A stretch of DNA of 63,447 nucleotides, counting the filler, from Octopus bimaculoides (lineage: Eukaryota): assembly GCF_001194135.2 (NCBI RefSeq). It is 4 parts of 3 records of this genome, joined end to end, with 100 filler letters (N's around TTAATTAATTAA, not from the genome) between each part and the next. Parts side by side here need not be neighbours in the genome. Positions count along the whole stretch, not along the records: positions 1 to 30,870 come from NC_068986.1; 3 more parts are not named here. One strand, written 5' to 3'. A program made the translations under genes and the position numbers. The notes beneath the pieces were generated by a model. That model made no database searches and was not told the DNA's origin. It was given only the letters and a program-made list of their open reading frames with translations. This document shows positions 14,049 to 26,934 of the stretch, piece after piece; the stretch's first letter is position 1, and the number at the start of each line of letters is the position of its first letter.

Positions 14049-14321
14049 NNNNNNNNNNNNNNNNNNNNNNNNNNNNNNNNNNNNNNNNNNNNNNNNNNNN
14101 NNNNNNNNNNNNNNNNNNNNNNNNNNNNNNNNNNNNNNNNNNNNNNNNNNNNNNNNNNNNNNNNNNNNNNNNNNNNNNNNNNNNNNNNNNNNNNNNNNNN
14201 NNNNNNNNNNNNNNNNNNNNNNNNNNNNNNNNNNNNNNNNNNNNNNNNNNNNNNNNNNNNNNNNNNNNNNNNNNNNNNNNNNNNNNNNNNNNNNNNNNNN
14301 NNNNNNNNNNNNNNNNNNNNN

Positions 14322-14409
<88 letters not shown>

Positions 14410-15023
14410 CGCTGTGTCGATTGTTGGCTTAGCCTCAATATTTCTTTCTGAGAAGTCAGAAAGAAATAGTTAGAAGAATTGAACATCCAACCTCAGTGCA
14501 AACTTGCTGCTCTCTTTATCAACTCTGCAATAAGAAAAGGGGCAGAGATCTTTAGCAGTATCTGAATTCAAAGTCCAAATCGTTGGAAATATTAACTCAT
14601 AGCATTATATTCAACGATCAAACGGCTCTACAATTTAGCCACCGTGTGTGTGCGTATGTGTGTTTCTATTTATGTGCATGTATAGCCAATTCTTATATCC
14701 ACCGACCCTGTATCTATCCACTCAACGTCAGACTTTAGGCACTTACTCTGCTCTGAGCAATTATACCTGTTATACTATATAACACATTTTTGTTGTATTT
14801 CACTTATTCTAACCCGTTTGCCGCTTCTGTGACCTTCTGTAATTTTTAACACTATACTTTTGTTCCAGATGCCTTTTCAAAACGAATATTGTAATTTTCC
14901 AGATGAAGTAAAATACTAAAAAATGTTACTTTGAACTAATAGAGCACACCATACAGATAACAGTTTTACCCAATGTTTGTCGCCAAGTTGAAGTGGCGAC
15001 AAACAATCACTCCGTAATTGCCC

Positions 15024-15097
15024 ACGGGTATATGGCGTAGTGGTTAAGAGCGCGGACTACTAACCCCAAGACTCCGAGTTCGATTTCAGACAGTGAC

Positions 15098-15135
<38 letters not shown>

Positions 15136-15280
15136 CAACATCGAAAAATACCTTAGAAATGACAACCCACGTTCGAAATTTCTTCAAGACACCTGATGAG
15201 GGCTGGAGGGTATACCAACTGAAACGTTGTGTTAACAACAAACAAGATGAGGATAAATATCCGTAAAATGTAAATAATAT
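15024..15280 (+). mobile_element. SINE-like element: tRNA-derived head, (AAT)n, and hammerhead-bearing body (family A)
   Basis: A box TGGCGTAGTGG (15032-15042) and B box GAGTTCGATTTC (15076-15087). The GGACTACTAACCC segment resembles a tRNA-Ser anticodon arm. The body 15138-15280 aligns with 26747-26885. Confidence 0.65.
15188..15233 (+). ncRNA. minimal type I hammerhead ribozyme motif, family A (stem II partly decayed)
   Basis: GACAC-CUGAUGA-G-GGCUGG[AGGGUAUA]CCAACU-GAAA-CG-U-U-GUGUU. Stem I is GACAC/GUGUU, and stem III is the palindrome ACGU. Confidence 0.7.
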
Positions 15281-15306
15281 TCCTTCTCTGTTTATTTCCT
15301 CATGTT

Positions 15307-15344
15307 CCTTTCTGTTGAAGAGCGTAGGCTCGAAATCTAAAAGA
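15307..15344 (+). ncRNA. minimal hammerhead-like motif, family B (stem III mutated)
   Basis: CCUUU-CUGUUGA-A-GAGC[GUAG]GCUC-GAAA-UC-U-A-AAAGA, inside a ~160-bp repeat (about 15285-15440) ending in (TA)n. Confidence 0.55.
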
Positions 15345-16530
15345 CTTTCTCACCTTCCCGAGCGTCAAACTTAATACATCTGCTTGTTGTTCATACACCT
15401 GCCTTCATCTTTTGTTTTTCTATAAATTTCAGCTATATATATATATGTGTATATATATGTGTGTGTGTGTGTCTGTGTGTGCCTATGTGTGTGTGTGTAT
15501 GTATATATATATGAATAGGCCGAAATGCAGCTAGCTGGCAAGAAATAGAGAAACCCAAACGAGTTCGACAACACTTTGGCGCGAAACTAAGTCCTTCAGT
15601 CATTGGTGTAGCTTCTGAGTTAATCAATAATAGATTTATATTCTTTCTTATTCATTTATTTTTTCCCGTCAATTAAAAAACAAACCCCGAAAACTCTACA
15701 TATATTGATGTTCTTGCATGTGTGCACGTGCGTGTGAGTGTGTGAGTGTGTGTGTGTTTGCGTGTCTGGGAGTTATGCATCCATACAAATAGACTCACAT
15801 ACGTACACATAATTTAATGATCAAGCATTAAATCAAAATAATATATTATAATCAAGGATATGCTGGTGTGAATTAAGGCATAGAAGGCTAACAACCTGGA
15901 ATTTCTAAATTATAATCTCGTAAATGTTAAATTTACTCCATCAATTTTATTTTATATTACTCCACTCTATTTACGGCATTTTGCTTTTATGAATATTCAG
16001 TGAAACCTTTTATAATTACCTTGTGACAAATTTATGATTTTCTTATGAATACATTATAGTTACCTTCTGACAACTTTACGACTATTTCACTACGATATAA
16101 TTAATTGCCAACTAGGGAGTAATAACAACATTTCCCTCTCTGCTAGAAATAGAGGACAAATTCTCAAACTTTCTTCATGTTTCGCTTATGAATTAAATAG
16201 AAAAAGACTTGAAATTCCACCTAAAATTTCGGGACGGCATACATGTAGCTGTATGCACAAAACAGCCACCAGCAAATAATGACATTCATTACAATCGAAC
16301 CAAGCGAAAACGAGTTAATTGAGCGAGATAGTTTGAAAAATCATCTGGCGAGACACATCTGCAGTAAACGATGCATCACAACCAACTGCACAGTATCTCG
16401 CTCGCGAGAGACTAATGCAAGGTGGGTCGAAAGGAACGTCGTGAACATTAAAGAATCTCATCAATTCCATTTTCTTTTTCTCTCATTTCTCATATTTATA
16501 TTGCTATATTTGTTATTTATACTGTGAGTA

Positions 16531-16647
16531 GATTTGATCAGCCTGAGGCTATATCAGAAGGCACTTACACAAGGGGTCACGCAGTAGAGCTGAACCCAGA
16601 ACCATGTGGTTGGGAAGCAAACGTCTTACCAAACAGCCATGTCTGCG
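16531..16647 (-). mobile_element. SINE family 1, 5' head
   Basis: CAGCCTGAGGCTATATCAGAAGGCACTTACACAAGG..GAACCCAGAACCATGTGGTTGGGAAGC..TTACCAAACAGCC aligns with the heads at 31261 and 37960-38066. Confidence 0.8.
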
Positions 16648-17154
16648 GTTACATGTAATTATAATTCATTTTGACTCGAGAAGTTATTCAACTTTAAGCA
16701 TTTCTCTTTTTTTTTACCTTATGATTACCGTAGTCGAGCGATGTTGTGACTGGAGTGACTATCTTATATTTGTTTTGTCACATGTTTTGATACTTCGTAA
16801 CTCTATCGAGTTCCTGCCGACTTTTTGATTATTTGCTGTGAATTTTGTTTGCATGATTAGTCAATGAGAAACAAAATAAATATATTAATATTTTGTATGC
16901 GAGGGAGTCAATCAACCACAACTCTCATCAGAGATTTCGAAACTGATCAGAATAAAAATCTCAAATTTCGCTACAGACTACAAGGATAACTATTGGTTGT
17001 AACCCGGTCCAAGAAGCATTTTTACTAATGAAAAGCAGTTTTGGCTTCGTTCACTGGCGTTCAAACCGTTTCCATCAACCGAATTTCATTTGTAAGGCAT
17101 GGACTGACCCTCAAATCTGGGAGAATATGTTTCGTTATGGTATTGTGAAATAGT

Positions 17155-17315
17155 GAAGGTGTGTGGTCAAGCGGTCTGAGTGCTGTACTTATGATCGTAA
17201 GACCGTGATTTCGAGTGTGTTGGGCCGCTGTGTTCTTGCGCAAAATAATTCCTTTCATTTTGTCCAATTCACTCAACTACAACAAAAGTAATCCTGTGAC
17301 CGACTAGGGTGACTT
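17155..17315 (+). mobile_element. degenerate tRNA-derived SINE
   Basis: GTGTGGTCAAGCGGTCTGAG (A-box-like), GTGATTTCGAG, GTGTTCTTGCGCAA; resembles the minus-strand copy near 22100. Confidence 0.45.
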
Positions 17316-20300
17316 TTAGAGAGAATTCCGTGTTCTTTGTTTCTTACATGACACAGCAACTGGAGGACCAGTCTTATGAGTTCTTGCAAACTAGACACAA
17401 ATTTCTAGGGGTTAATTTTAGCTTACAGTAAAATTGGATGAAACTCGAAACCAAATAGTTGCGACGGCAATACCTTAACCTCTCATTAACATCTGTGCCT
17501 TTATAACTACATCCAGAGTATTTCATGAATAGCTTCAGATTGATAAATATCTTATAACGTCAAGCTGAAAGTTTTGCGACGATATTATCACGGCATTTTT
17601 TATACGAGTACATTACTACAGACGTGTGCCTATCACTATAATTTTGTAACTGAATCGTGCTTGGATTATTCTCGCAATGTTTGAATAGCTTCTCTAAATG
17701 ATGATTATATTACAATATTTATCGTACATTGTGATTAGGTGACTATTTGTGACGGTGTGATTAATTTCGAACCATGCTGACCCTTCTTTTCTCGTCATCC
17801 CTGATAATGTTACAATGTCTTATATTCTCCCCAGATGGCTGTTCTGATTCTCTCTCTGCACATGTTTCCCCTATAGTCATCCAAGTGTAAAACTTCTAAT
17901 GGAACCTCAAAGGCTATAACATCATCAATACCAGACGGTCTGCGAACGCCATTAGCCTAAACATTTCTTCTCGATCCAACAAATGATCGCCTCTCTTCTT
18001 AAAACACATCTCTCTACTCATGGAGGTAAACTGAGGCCCGAATATATTTTGCCTTTACGTGTCTGTGTTTTACGAACTGTTTATCCCGTTTCTATATGTA
18101 TACGAACATATATGCTGGTGTGTATCTGTCTGTTGGAGAGTTTAACGTATATGTGCTCGAAATTACATAAAAATATACAGAAATGCACGAGCAAACTAAC
18201 ACACAAACACACACACACACACACACACGTATGCACGCAAAATTGCACATGCACGACAAATCGTAGAAGAAAATGCGTAGTAACAAAATGGCATTGTATT
18301 CAACAGCAACGACCTATTTTGATGATTAACTTCTCAACGATCAATTCAACAAGATCTGAAACACAAACATGTATCTATCTGATATATTTATCTTTATGTC
18401 ACTGAAATCTCATTAAACAGCCATATTGTCTCTTTTTACCTTGGCTGTCTCCTATTTCAACATTTCACACTGATGTCATGTCCTCTTCGTGTCTTTATTT
18501 TCCTGTCATTGACGTACTCGGTATTAACTGATATCTGTCATCTTTTGCGTATAGTCTTATTTATTTGAATCGTTGCTTTTCTGAATCAATTATGACATAA
18601 ACTAATCGCCACTAATAGCAGTAATTAATCCGTAATTAATCTTTACGTTGCTGGTAATTTCTCAAGTTATCAATCCTGCAATGACTCAACCAGAAAGCAA
18701 ATCTCCGGCAACGTTCACAAGACACAATCGGTGGACAGATCAAGGTAACCGTAGGACAGGGAACAATCTTCAACAGGATCCCATTCCTAAGAAAATGTTT
18801 GCGCCTTTGGCTATTAGAGCTAGGTTTGTCCCATTTGCTCTTGTGAGTTTTGTTTTTTCTTTTTCTGACATGTTTGTTTGCTTTAGAGTTGTTTTTGTTT
18901 TTATTGTTAATACTGGTGTGGTTTCTTATTTCGTTGTTGGTGATGATATCGCTGTTGTGATTTGAGGTTTGGTGATTTTAATTATTGATTATTTTTTTTG
19001 TGTACGAGGAGAGCTCGTTTCTCAGCAGCTACTTCTTGTATTCTGTTCGTTGCTAATAGTTTTGGTGATGAAGTGCTCTGTTGATACTTTCTCTTGAGCT
19101 CTGTGACTACAGTTCGTTATTCCGTTTCTTATTTCTCTCTTCTCATTATCTGAGGAGAATTAGGATGGATCGCTGGAGGTTATTTGATGTCTACTTACTT
19201 GTATTAGTCACCATGTTGTTCTACTTGCTAGATTGCGCCCTTATTAGAAGGTAGTAGCGGCATTACTCTTTGCTGTTTTGTTATACAGTTGCAGCTCGTG
19301 CTATAGTTGCTTTCTTAGCTGTAAATGAACTTCCATTTTCTTGACCGAAGACAGAAACCATTTTCATGTTCGATGCTATTGTATGAATGCCACCTGGGCC
19401 TTCTTCTATCCACGACAGATCTTACTAATCAACATATATATTCTCACACGGTATGCTATTGAGGGCGATTACCTAATTAATATATTTTGTGATTCGTTTA
19501 ATACACACACATACACACACATAATTGTATGTATGTCCACAAGTATGCGGGTACGTACAGACGTACAAAGGCAATAGAAACAATACAGAATACATGTGTA
19601 CAATGTTTAAATACACTCAGTATGCGAATATACGGTTGCATAAATATATGTATAGAAGAATGACATAATGCACATAGAATCATGATGTCTTTCACTAAAA
19701 CGTGTTATATGATCCCTTGGTATCCCGACCCCTCCCTTCAAAAGCTTTATTAAAATGTAAGGTTGTTGAAGTGAATATCGAACGAGAATTGAATTTGTTT
19801 CCCGGTCTGAATTCCAGAGAGATATAGCAATTTATTTCCCCCTAAGCACCTAAGGGTCTTCAAAAAACTATGAACATCCAGTTGTCACATATATTCAACA
19901 TTCTTACTGGCCAAAGAGAGGGCCTGTTTGTAGGAACGTGACTTTCTAGAAGTAACGGTAATCTCATTCAAATAATATTTATCCATCATAAAAATGTAAG
20001 GACAAGTTAAATAATGTACATCTGGAAAACACCGGGTATCATTAAATTTACAACTGTCGTAAACGCGAATAGATTTGGTTGTCTGCTGGAAAACAAACAA
20101 GCAAAATCAAACAAATGACAACATCAAAACAAAGAAATGAACAAGTGATAATATAGTCCTAGATAGTCTTAAATATGCTAAGACTCAATGATGGCATAAT
20201 TTTTTTTTTGTGTTCTGGACTTATTTCATTGTAAGAGCTGCAGTATCAGAGTTATACTGGATAAATAACACGGATACATACAATGTGTAATGTAGTCTTA

Positions 20301-22059
20301 GATATACTTGACATGACAAAATGTTGGGATGATCACGGTGGGAATCTCTGCTGGATTAGGACTGATCTAGAAAGAAACAACGACACCAAATTACAAGAGA
20401 TTTAATGCGTAATTCTTGTTATATTATATATCTATCTTCGTTTATCACGGGTGTTTGGTTCTAAGAAAAAAACCGTGTTAAATAAATTAGATATAAATGC
20501 ATTACAGACCATATTGAGAAATTAGGTTGTTTTTGGAGAACCTATGTTGCCCAGAGCAATAAGGTTATCGCTGGTGGAGAGAAGCCCTTTTAAGACTCAA
20601 GCAGAATCTTTGAATGATCGCTGACCCCTTTTATCACAGATCAGTTCGTGATAATCGAAACATGGTTCGCAAACAGCATACCGTATTATCCCGGGTCAGT
20701 GATGAATGAATAAAAAAATAACAGAGGATGGGAGATGTATCTGAATATATTTGAAAATGATCCTGGATGAAAACATTTCATCTTTTCTTGCACTGAACGG
20801 ATTTGAGACTACAAATAATTATCATTCAATATGATATTGTAGAAAGCTTAAACATAGGCCGAAGGGTCACTATTGGAATACAGTGGAGCATAGTACTATT
20901 TGATCGAGACTGACCTAGGGTTAAGAAAAAGTATAACTACAGGCTCATTTGTGTGACTATCAACCCAACTGCAAAACACAACAGCCAAATACCCTCAAAT
21001 GACATCTTGTATAAAACGTTGCATTGCACACGTAATCCTAGAAAATGTAATGACTTTATAACATACGTGGTGGTCACGGACGGAAAAGCTTTGACAATAG
21101 TGACGACCTGGTTATAAGCAACAAAGACGTTGTACTGTGTGACCTATTACGATTTAAGAATGGATTAGGGAGTGATTAGAATTGATATTTCAGCTCTCAT
21201 AACCATTTACAAGAAAATTACTTCGTTGACTTAGGTTTCTAATAACTTTTTACTTGTCCTTTATTTATTTTGTTGCACTGTTTGTCATTCATTTCATTTG
21301 TCTGTTTTGTGTAGTTAACATCTACAAAGATCTGATTCCAATCAAAGCAAAGCTATCTGAAGGAGTGGTGGATATGAAACTTCACAAATTATAATATTAA
21401 AACGATTACACATGATGTCTGGCCTATTTCTAAAATAGAAACCGGCGCTTCCAAACGAGAAATCAAATCAATTGCTTTCATTTTCTCGAACAACAACAAA
21501 AAAAATACAAAAAAGAGGAGTATTGATGGCAACAGCAGCAGCAGCAGCAGCAGCAGAAGTAGTAGTAGTAGCAACATGGTGGTGGAAAAGTGGTAATATT
21601 GACAACGACGGATGTGTTGGTGAAATATTTTGAAGTCGTGAATTGAATCGGTGATGATTCAGCTGAAAATCCCTTCCATCCATCCTTCCAGAATGACTTC
21701 TGAGACTCACTTGATCCCTGCTATCTCTAGCATACTAAATGACCACATAAAAGATAGTCTACTGTTGAGTTGGGTCAAGAGACAGATTAAGAATGCTATG
21801 GAATAATGAAAGAAATATGGATTCAATGCTTAGTGTTAGCATTGTAGGTCAACAACAACATCATCATCATCATCACCAACAACATTATCACCACACCACC
21901 ACCACCAGCAACACCATCATCATCCAGCCCTGGATATTTCTGTCTGGAGGCCTAGGACTCAATGGACCGGTTACTCGGTTTCAACGGCGCATAAGTGATC
22001 GAGACCATAACATCTCTCCTGAGCAAGACACCAGGCCATCGCAGATTTTCTCATTTAAT

Positions 22060-22180
22060 TCTGTGCGAACCAGAGCAACATGAAATGAAGTGTTATACCC
22101 AAGAACATACTGCACCTTCCAGTGCGTTAGTTCTTGCGATCATGACAGCAGCATCCTAACCGCTTGGCCACACGCCTTCG
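22060..22180 (-). mobile_element. degenerate tRNA-derived SINE head
   Basis: Reverse complement GAAGGCGTGTGGCCAAGCGGTTAGGATGCTG..GATCGCAAG..GTATGTTCTTGGGTATAACACTTCATTTCATGTTGCTCTGG. Confidence 0.5.
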
Positions 22181-23136
22181 CTGGTATTGTACTTAGTTTT
22201 CTATAAATATTTCTGTCAGACTTTTGAAGAAAGGCTGGAGTAATCATCGCAATTATTCTTTTAAACATAATTGTAATCTACATCATCAAAACTTATGAGG
22301 AAACAAAGTAGACAAACGTTCGATACCGTGCCTCCGCTCAGGTTCTTATATTCAATTCTGATATAATCTCAATCTATACGATCTGAAATGCATTTGTTGA
22401 AACTTAAAAAAAACAAAAAAACAAAGTCAGTCAGGGTTAGAAGAGTTCTATAGTTATATTGAAGTATAAACACTGGAATTAATAAAACTCCATCTTTCAG
22501 TTTAAGATAACTAAGTCGCAGTAAATAGAAATCAGTTTTATGGCTCAATCGTGGAGTTGAAATATAAAAAGACTGAAAAGACCCACATTTTGATATAAAA
22601 AATATTAAGATTAGCATTTATATATATTTTCTGGACAGTGCAGACTTGCATAATTGCTTTGTTTTAGCAAAAGTTATAAATTCCAAACTGATTAATAAGA
22701 AGCCAGCTTTATTATATTTTATATGTAATCTAGTTTCTGAAATTTAGATATCCCTTCGAGTCCTTTGATTTTTGCAGAATACTTTTTCTCTGTTTTGGAA
22801 AGACTACACTCATGTATGCTTACATGGAAGCTGGGAATTTCTCAGTCATTCCATTCAATGGAGCAGACGATGTTCCCAAACGCGTTTGGTTTATCTTGCA
22901 ATCGTTTTTGTAAGCGAAACGCATGAATGACTCATGGTTGCTAAGTAATTTTACTTTTGGGTAGGACGAATCCATTCGCAAAAATAATTCAATTACAACA
23001 TACAAACCTCGTCTACAGACAGGCGTATATAAATTTCTTTGAATGAGTACATACGAGTACAAGATACACACACTCACCCACACCTCCACTCACATACACA
23101 CATACATATATAAACACATACATACGTACATACATA

Positions 23137-23178
<42 letters not shown>

Positions 23179-23772
23179 TATACATATATTTATTTCGGAG
23201 ATGCACTTTTGTTGCACGAGGTTTGATCTGAGAGATTGTATTGAAACTGAAACAATTATCACACAAATATTAATCATTCAAGACAAAGGCAGCTAACTTC
23301 ACCAAAACATTTATTCGCCGAGAAAGATTTCGTCGCACCGATTGCGACCTGGTCACTGACATGGTTTTACTGCATACATATAAACACACACAGGTATATA
23401 TATCTAGGCTCACACTTAAGAGAAAAAAAACAAGAAATTTAATAACAGGTAGCTTTCGTACACAAAGTCAAGTAAAACTTTAAGAAAAGCATTAAATTAT
23501 CGTTAGCTGGCTTTTCTGTCTCTGTGATTACGGGGATTGCATCAGTGAAGCGGGATACACACGGAAAGTGAGTAAAAGGCGATTGGGATTAAAATCTCAA
23601 CAGTACTACCGTGTCACATGTTGTATTCTCGCTTCAGTGATTTTCTTTGAGAATGGTATTAAAATTATGTCTACGCAATATTCTCTTATGTACAAGATAA
23701 ATCAAGAAGAGGTACTTCGGTTGAATGAATGACAGAAATTTCAATGTCGAACGACGAATATCCAGCAAATCC

Positions 23773-23838
<66 letters not shown>
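23773..23838 (+). repeat. (TCTA)n microsatellite
   Basis: Direct reading. Confidence 0.95.
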
Positions 23839-23842
<4 letters not shown>

Positions 23843-24352
23843 GTCTGTCTGTCTGTTTCTGTCAGTCTGTCTCTCTCTGATATCTATCGCTCCCGTTCTG
23901 TTTACACACACAAAAAAAAACAAGCACACGCATACACATATAAACACTCACGTACGCAGATACACCAGCACGCGCGCACACACATATACATACATCTCTG
24001 TGCGTTAGTGTGTGTGTGTATGTGTGTATATGTAAGTATATTTAAATGAATGAATACACAGCAGATAATTGCAGACAATTACATTATTGTTGAATATGTA
24101 TACTAATACGTGTGTGTGTGTGCAAACACACGTCGACACACACAGTCGCGCGCACATACACGCACACACACAATTACGCACACGCATACATACATTGATA
24201 CACTTTCACACACTCTAATCTGCTCAAACAACGCCGCTCCTTCTCGCAAGCACGCAGAAACGTGCCTACACGTACAGTCACTGACACAAATGCTCGCAAG
24301 CACCGAGATATACACTTGCATATTGATATACAGACATATACATACAAACACG

Positions 24353-24433
<81 letters not shown>

Positions 24434-24452
24434 CCATAATCCTACAGTCATT

Positions 24453-24604
24453 GTCAATGACTAATGGTTAATAAGCGTGAATCATAAATTAGGCCAACCC
24501 AAAACACGCATGTACAATTCCGGNNNNNNNNNNGTCAATGACTAATGGTTAATAAGCGTGAATCATAAATTAGGCCAACCCAAAACACGCATGTACAATT
24601 CCGG
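24453..24604. other. 71-bp exact direct repeat straddling a 10-N gap (probable contig-overlap artefact)
   Basis: 24453-24523 is identical to 24534-24604, with only Ns between them. Confidence 0.85.
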
Positions 24605-24657
24605 CCTGAATTGGTCAGCAATAATTATTCTGTTAATCAAAAGCAAGATCCTTGTTC

Positions 24658-24693
<36 letters not shown>

Positions 24694-26284
24694 TGTGGGA
24701 GAGAGAGAGTACATACATTTGTGTGTCTATACTCTTCGAGCTGTTTGCGTGTACGCGTGTGTGAGTGTGTGTCTGTGTATGCGAATGCACACTTGTGCTT
24801 GTATGTTCATGGCTGTTTCTTCCTATAAGAGTGCAAATTTGCTTGTCTATGCATGTGTGTATATGTGCGTATATGTAGCTGTTTGTGGACGAGTCTATGT
24901 ATGTGTGTTTGTGTATGTGTCTGTGTGGACGTGTCTGATTTTTCAAGAATGTTCGAACGTATGCGTCCAAATATGTGTGTATGTCTATGTGTGTGTATGT
25001 CTATATGTGTGTATGCCAGCTGTTTTCTTTTTTGTATATTACTTGTGCGAGTATGCGAAAGCATGTTTGTGCTTGCAAGACTGTATGCTCTCGGTTTTTT
25101 CGGCCTATAAGTGTGCATGCGTGTCTGTGTGTGCATGTTTATGCTTACGCACATGTTTGCTGTTGTATGTGTGTATGTGAATGTACACCTATGTAAATGT
25201 ATGTGTGTGTGTGTGTGTGTTAATATGTCTCTGAGTCTGCGGGTGTATGTATGAGCGTCGATGTAATTTAAGTGAGTTTCGTTTTGTGTACGCGTGGATA
25301 TCAATATGCATGCTGTATAGGCTAAAAAACCTTGCATGAATCACAGCTATTCAATATCTATCGGATGTCGTTGTAGTTGTTGCTGTTTTTAATGGTGTTT
25401 CATTGTTGTTGTTCTTGCTGTTTCTGTTGATGCTTTCGAAATCGCCATTGTTGTCCTGATATTGTCGTTGCTCCGTGCCTCGTGTTCTGTTCTTTATCAT
25501 TGTTTTTATGTCGTCGTTGTTTTTATTGCTGTTGTTTTGTAGTAATGGTTTCTTGTTGTTGCTGCTTACTTTGCGCTTCTAATTGTTGCTGTTGATGTTG
25601 TTGTTGATGATGATGAGGACGGGGGGGGGGGGGTCTGAGAAATAGTCACGTATGATATTCTTATGATTTTCTAAACGCCAATTTGCTTCATTCGCAACAA
25701 CGATGAAAACTACGACGTTGTTGTTGTTATTGAAGTTGCTTTTGTTGTTGTTTAGTCCCTATATCTTTAATAAAAGACGTTCCAGATCTGTGCGCTATAT
25801 TTACAGACTGTGACGCAGAAATCTCCATTAATTTACATGGCCATTGATGTAGCGCTGTTGCAGTGAGCTACATGGTAATAGTGACCGCTTATAGCTAATT
25901 CTTCCTTGTTTTGTTTTGTTTTTTTGCTTTCTTTTTAATTACCATCGTTTGGATCGTTAAATGCTATACATTTACTGTTGAAGTGTTTATTAGCCTTTAC
26001 GTTGTGATATTTTTGCCACACCCTGTATTAATTGATGGTCCTGTGTATTATAGTTGGCGAACTAGAAGGGCGTCGGACAGAATGTATTCCTTTTTTACCA
26101 GTTCTGTGTTGAAATCAGTTCAAACCAACCAATACTGCTTTTCATGCTTCTGGGATCAATAAATAATATATTATCAGTCCAGAACTGAAATCGATTCTTC
26201 GATCGTTCTCTTCCTTACTTTCAGTTGTTCTCTCCAGATCAAATTTGATGCGTTCGAACCCTGTGACCAGCAGGCTGAGCTCAA

Positions 26285-26530
26285 TTTAAGATGTTTATTA
26301 ATTGGCATGAGTATTCATTGCGATCATAATATAGCGGTGAAAGATCAGTAAATATAAAGACTTGCTAATAGTAATTGAAAAAAATGTGGCACATAGAGGC
26401 GACTACCGTACCAGTGATTGTAGGGTCTCTAGGAATGATTAAAGAAGGTACTGAAACCTATTAGAATATGATACCAGGCTTACCATGTAAAAAATCGTGT
26501 TAACTGGTACGACTCATTAATGACAAGAGC
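26285..26530 (+). mobile_element. R4/Dong-like LINE 3' fragment (restriction-like endonuclease domain)
   Basis: Across frameshifts: RCLLIGMSIHCDHNIAV..KISKYKDLLIVIEK/MWHIEATTVPVIVGSLGMIKEGTETY*NMIPGLP..KKIVLTGTTH..RALS. This matches the K..KY.DL...W....VPVVIGALG REL signature. Confidence 0.8.
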
Positions 26531-26744
26531 ATTATCGCAGTGAAAACAACATCCATTCATGATTTTTTTTTCTTATTTATTAATTATTTTTTTTTTAAAA
26601 TACATATTTTGCCTGTGAATTTTCGTGTGTAAATTGGGAATGCATACAATGAGTTTCTCTGCCCTAGGTGTACGGAAAACACTCGGCGAGAAATGGAAGA
26701 AAATTTGAAGAAAGAAGAAAAAAAAAAATAATGATAATAATAAT

Positions 26745-26905
26745 ATCGAAAAATATCTTAGGAATAAGAACCCAGGTTTGAAATTTCTCCAAAACATCTG
26801 ATGAAGGCTGGAGGGTACATCAGCCGAAACGTTGTGTTAACAACAAACAAGATGAGGACAAATATCCGTCAAATGTAAATAATTCCTCATCTCTTAAATA
26901 TAGAA
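26745..26905 (+). mobile_element. family A hammerhead-bearing repeat, headless copy
   Basis: ATCGAAAAATATCTTAGGAATAAGAACCCAGG..GAAACGTTGTGTTAACAACAAACAAGATGAGGACAAATATCCGTCAAATGTAAATAA aligns with 15138-15280. Confidence 0.8.
26793..26838 (+). ncRNA. minimal type I hammerhead ribozyme motif, family A (best preserved)
   Basis: AACAU-CUGAUGA-A-GGCUG[GAGGGUACAU]CAGCC-GAAA-CG-U-U-GUGUU. The core is intact, with a perfect 5-bp stem II, a 5-bp stem I and a palindromic stem III. Confidence 0.8.
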
Positions 26906-26934
26906 CAATAAATTAATAAAGATATAAATAAATA

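Noticed and set aside
15024-15095. Possible tRNA-Ser gene
   Set aside because: There is no acceptor stem or long variable arm, and it runs into (AAT)n. It is interpreted as a SINE head.
18648-19330. 105-aa ORF and strand-biased sequence resembling a decayed retroelement ORF
   Set aside because: No motif I can recognise in any frame; needs TBLASTX.
21520-21600. (CAG)n/(TAG)n tract suggesting a poly-Ala/Gln exon
   Set aside because: Flanking frames close quickly and there is no domain or credible exon structure.
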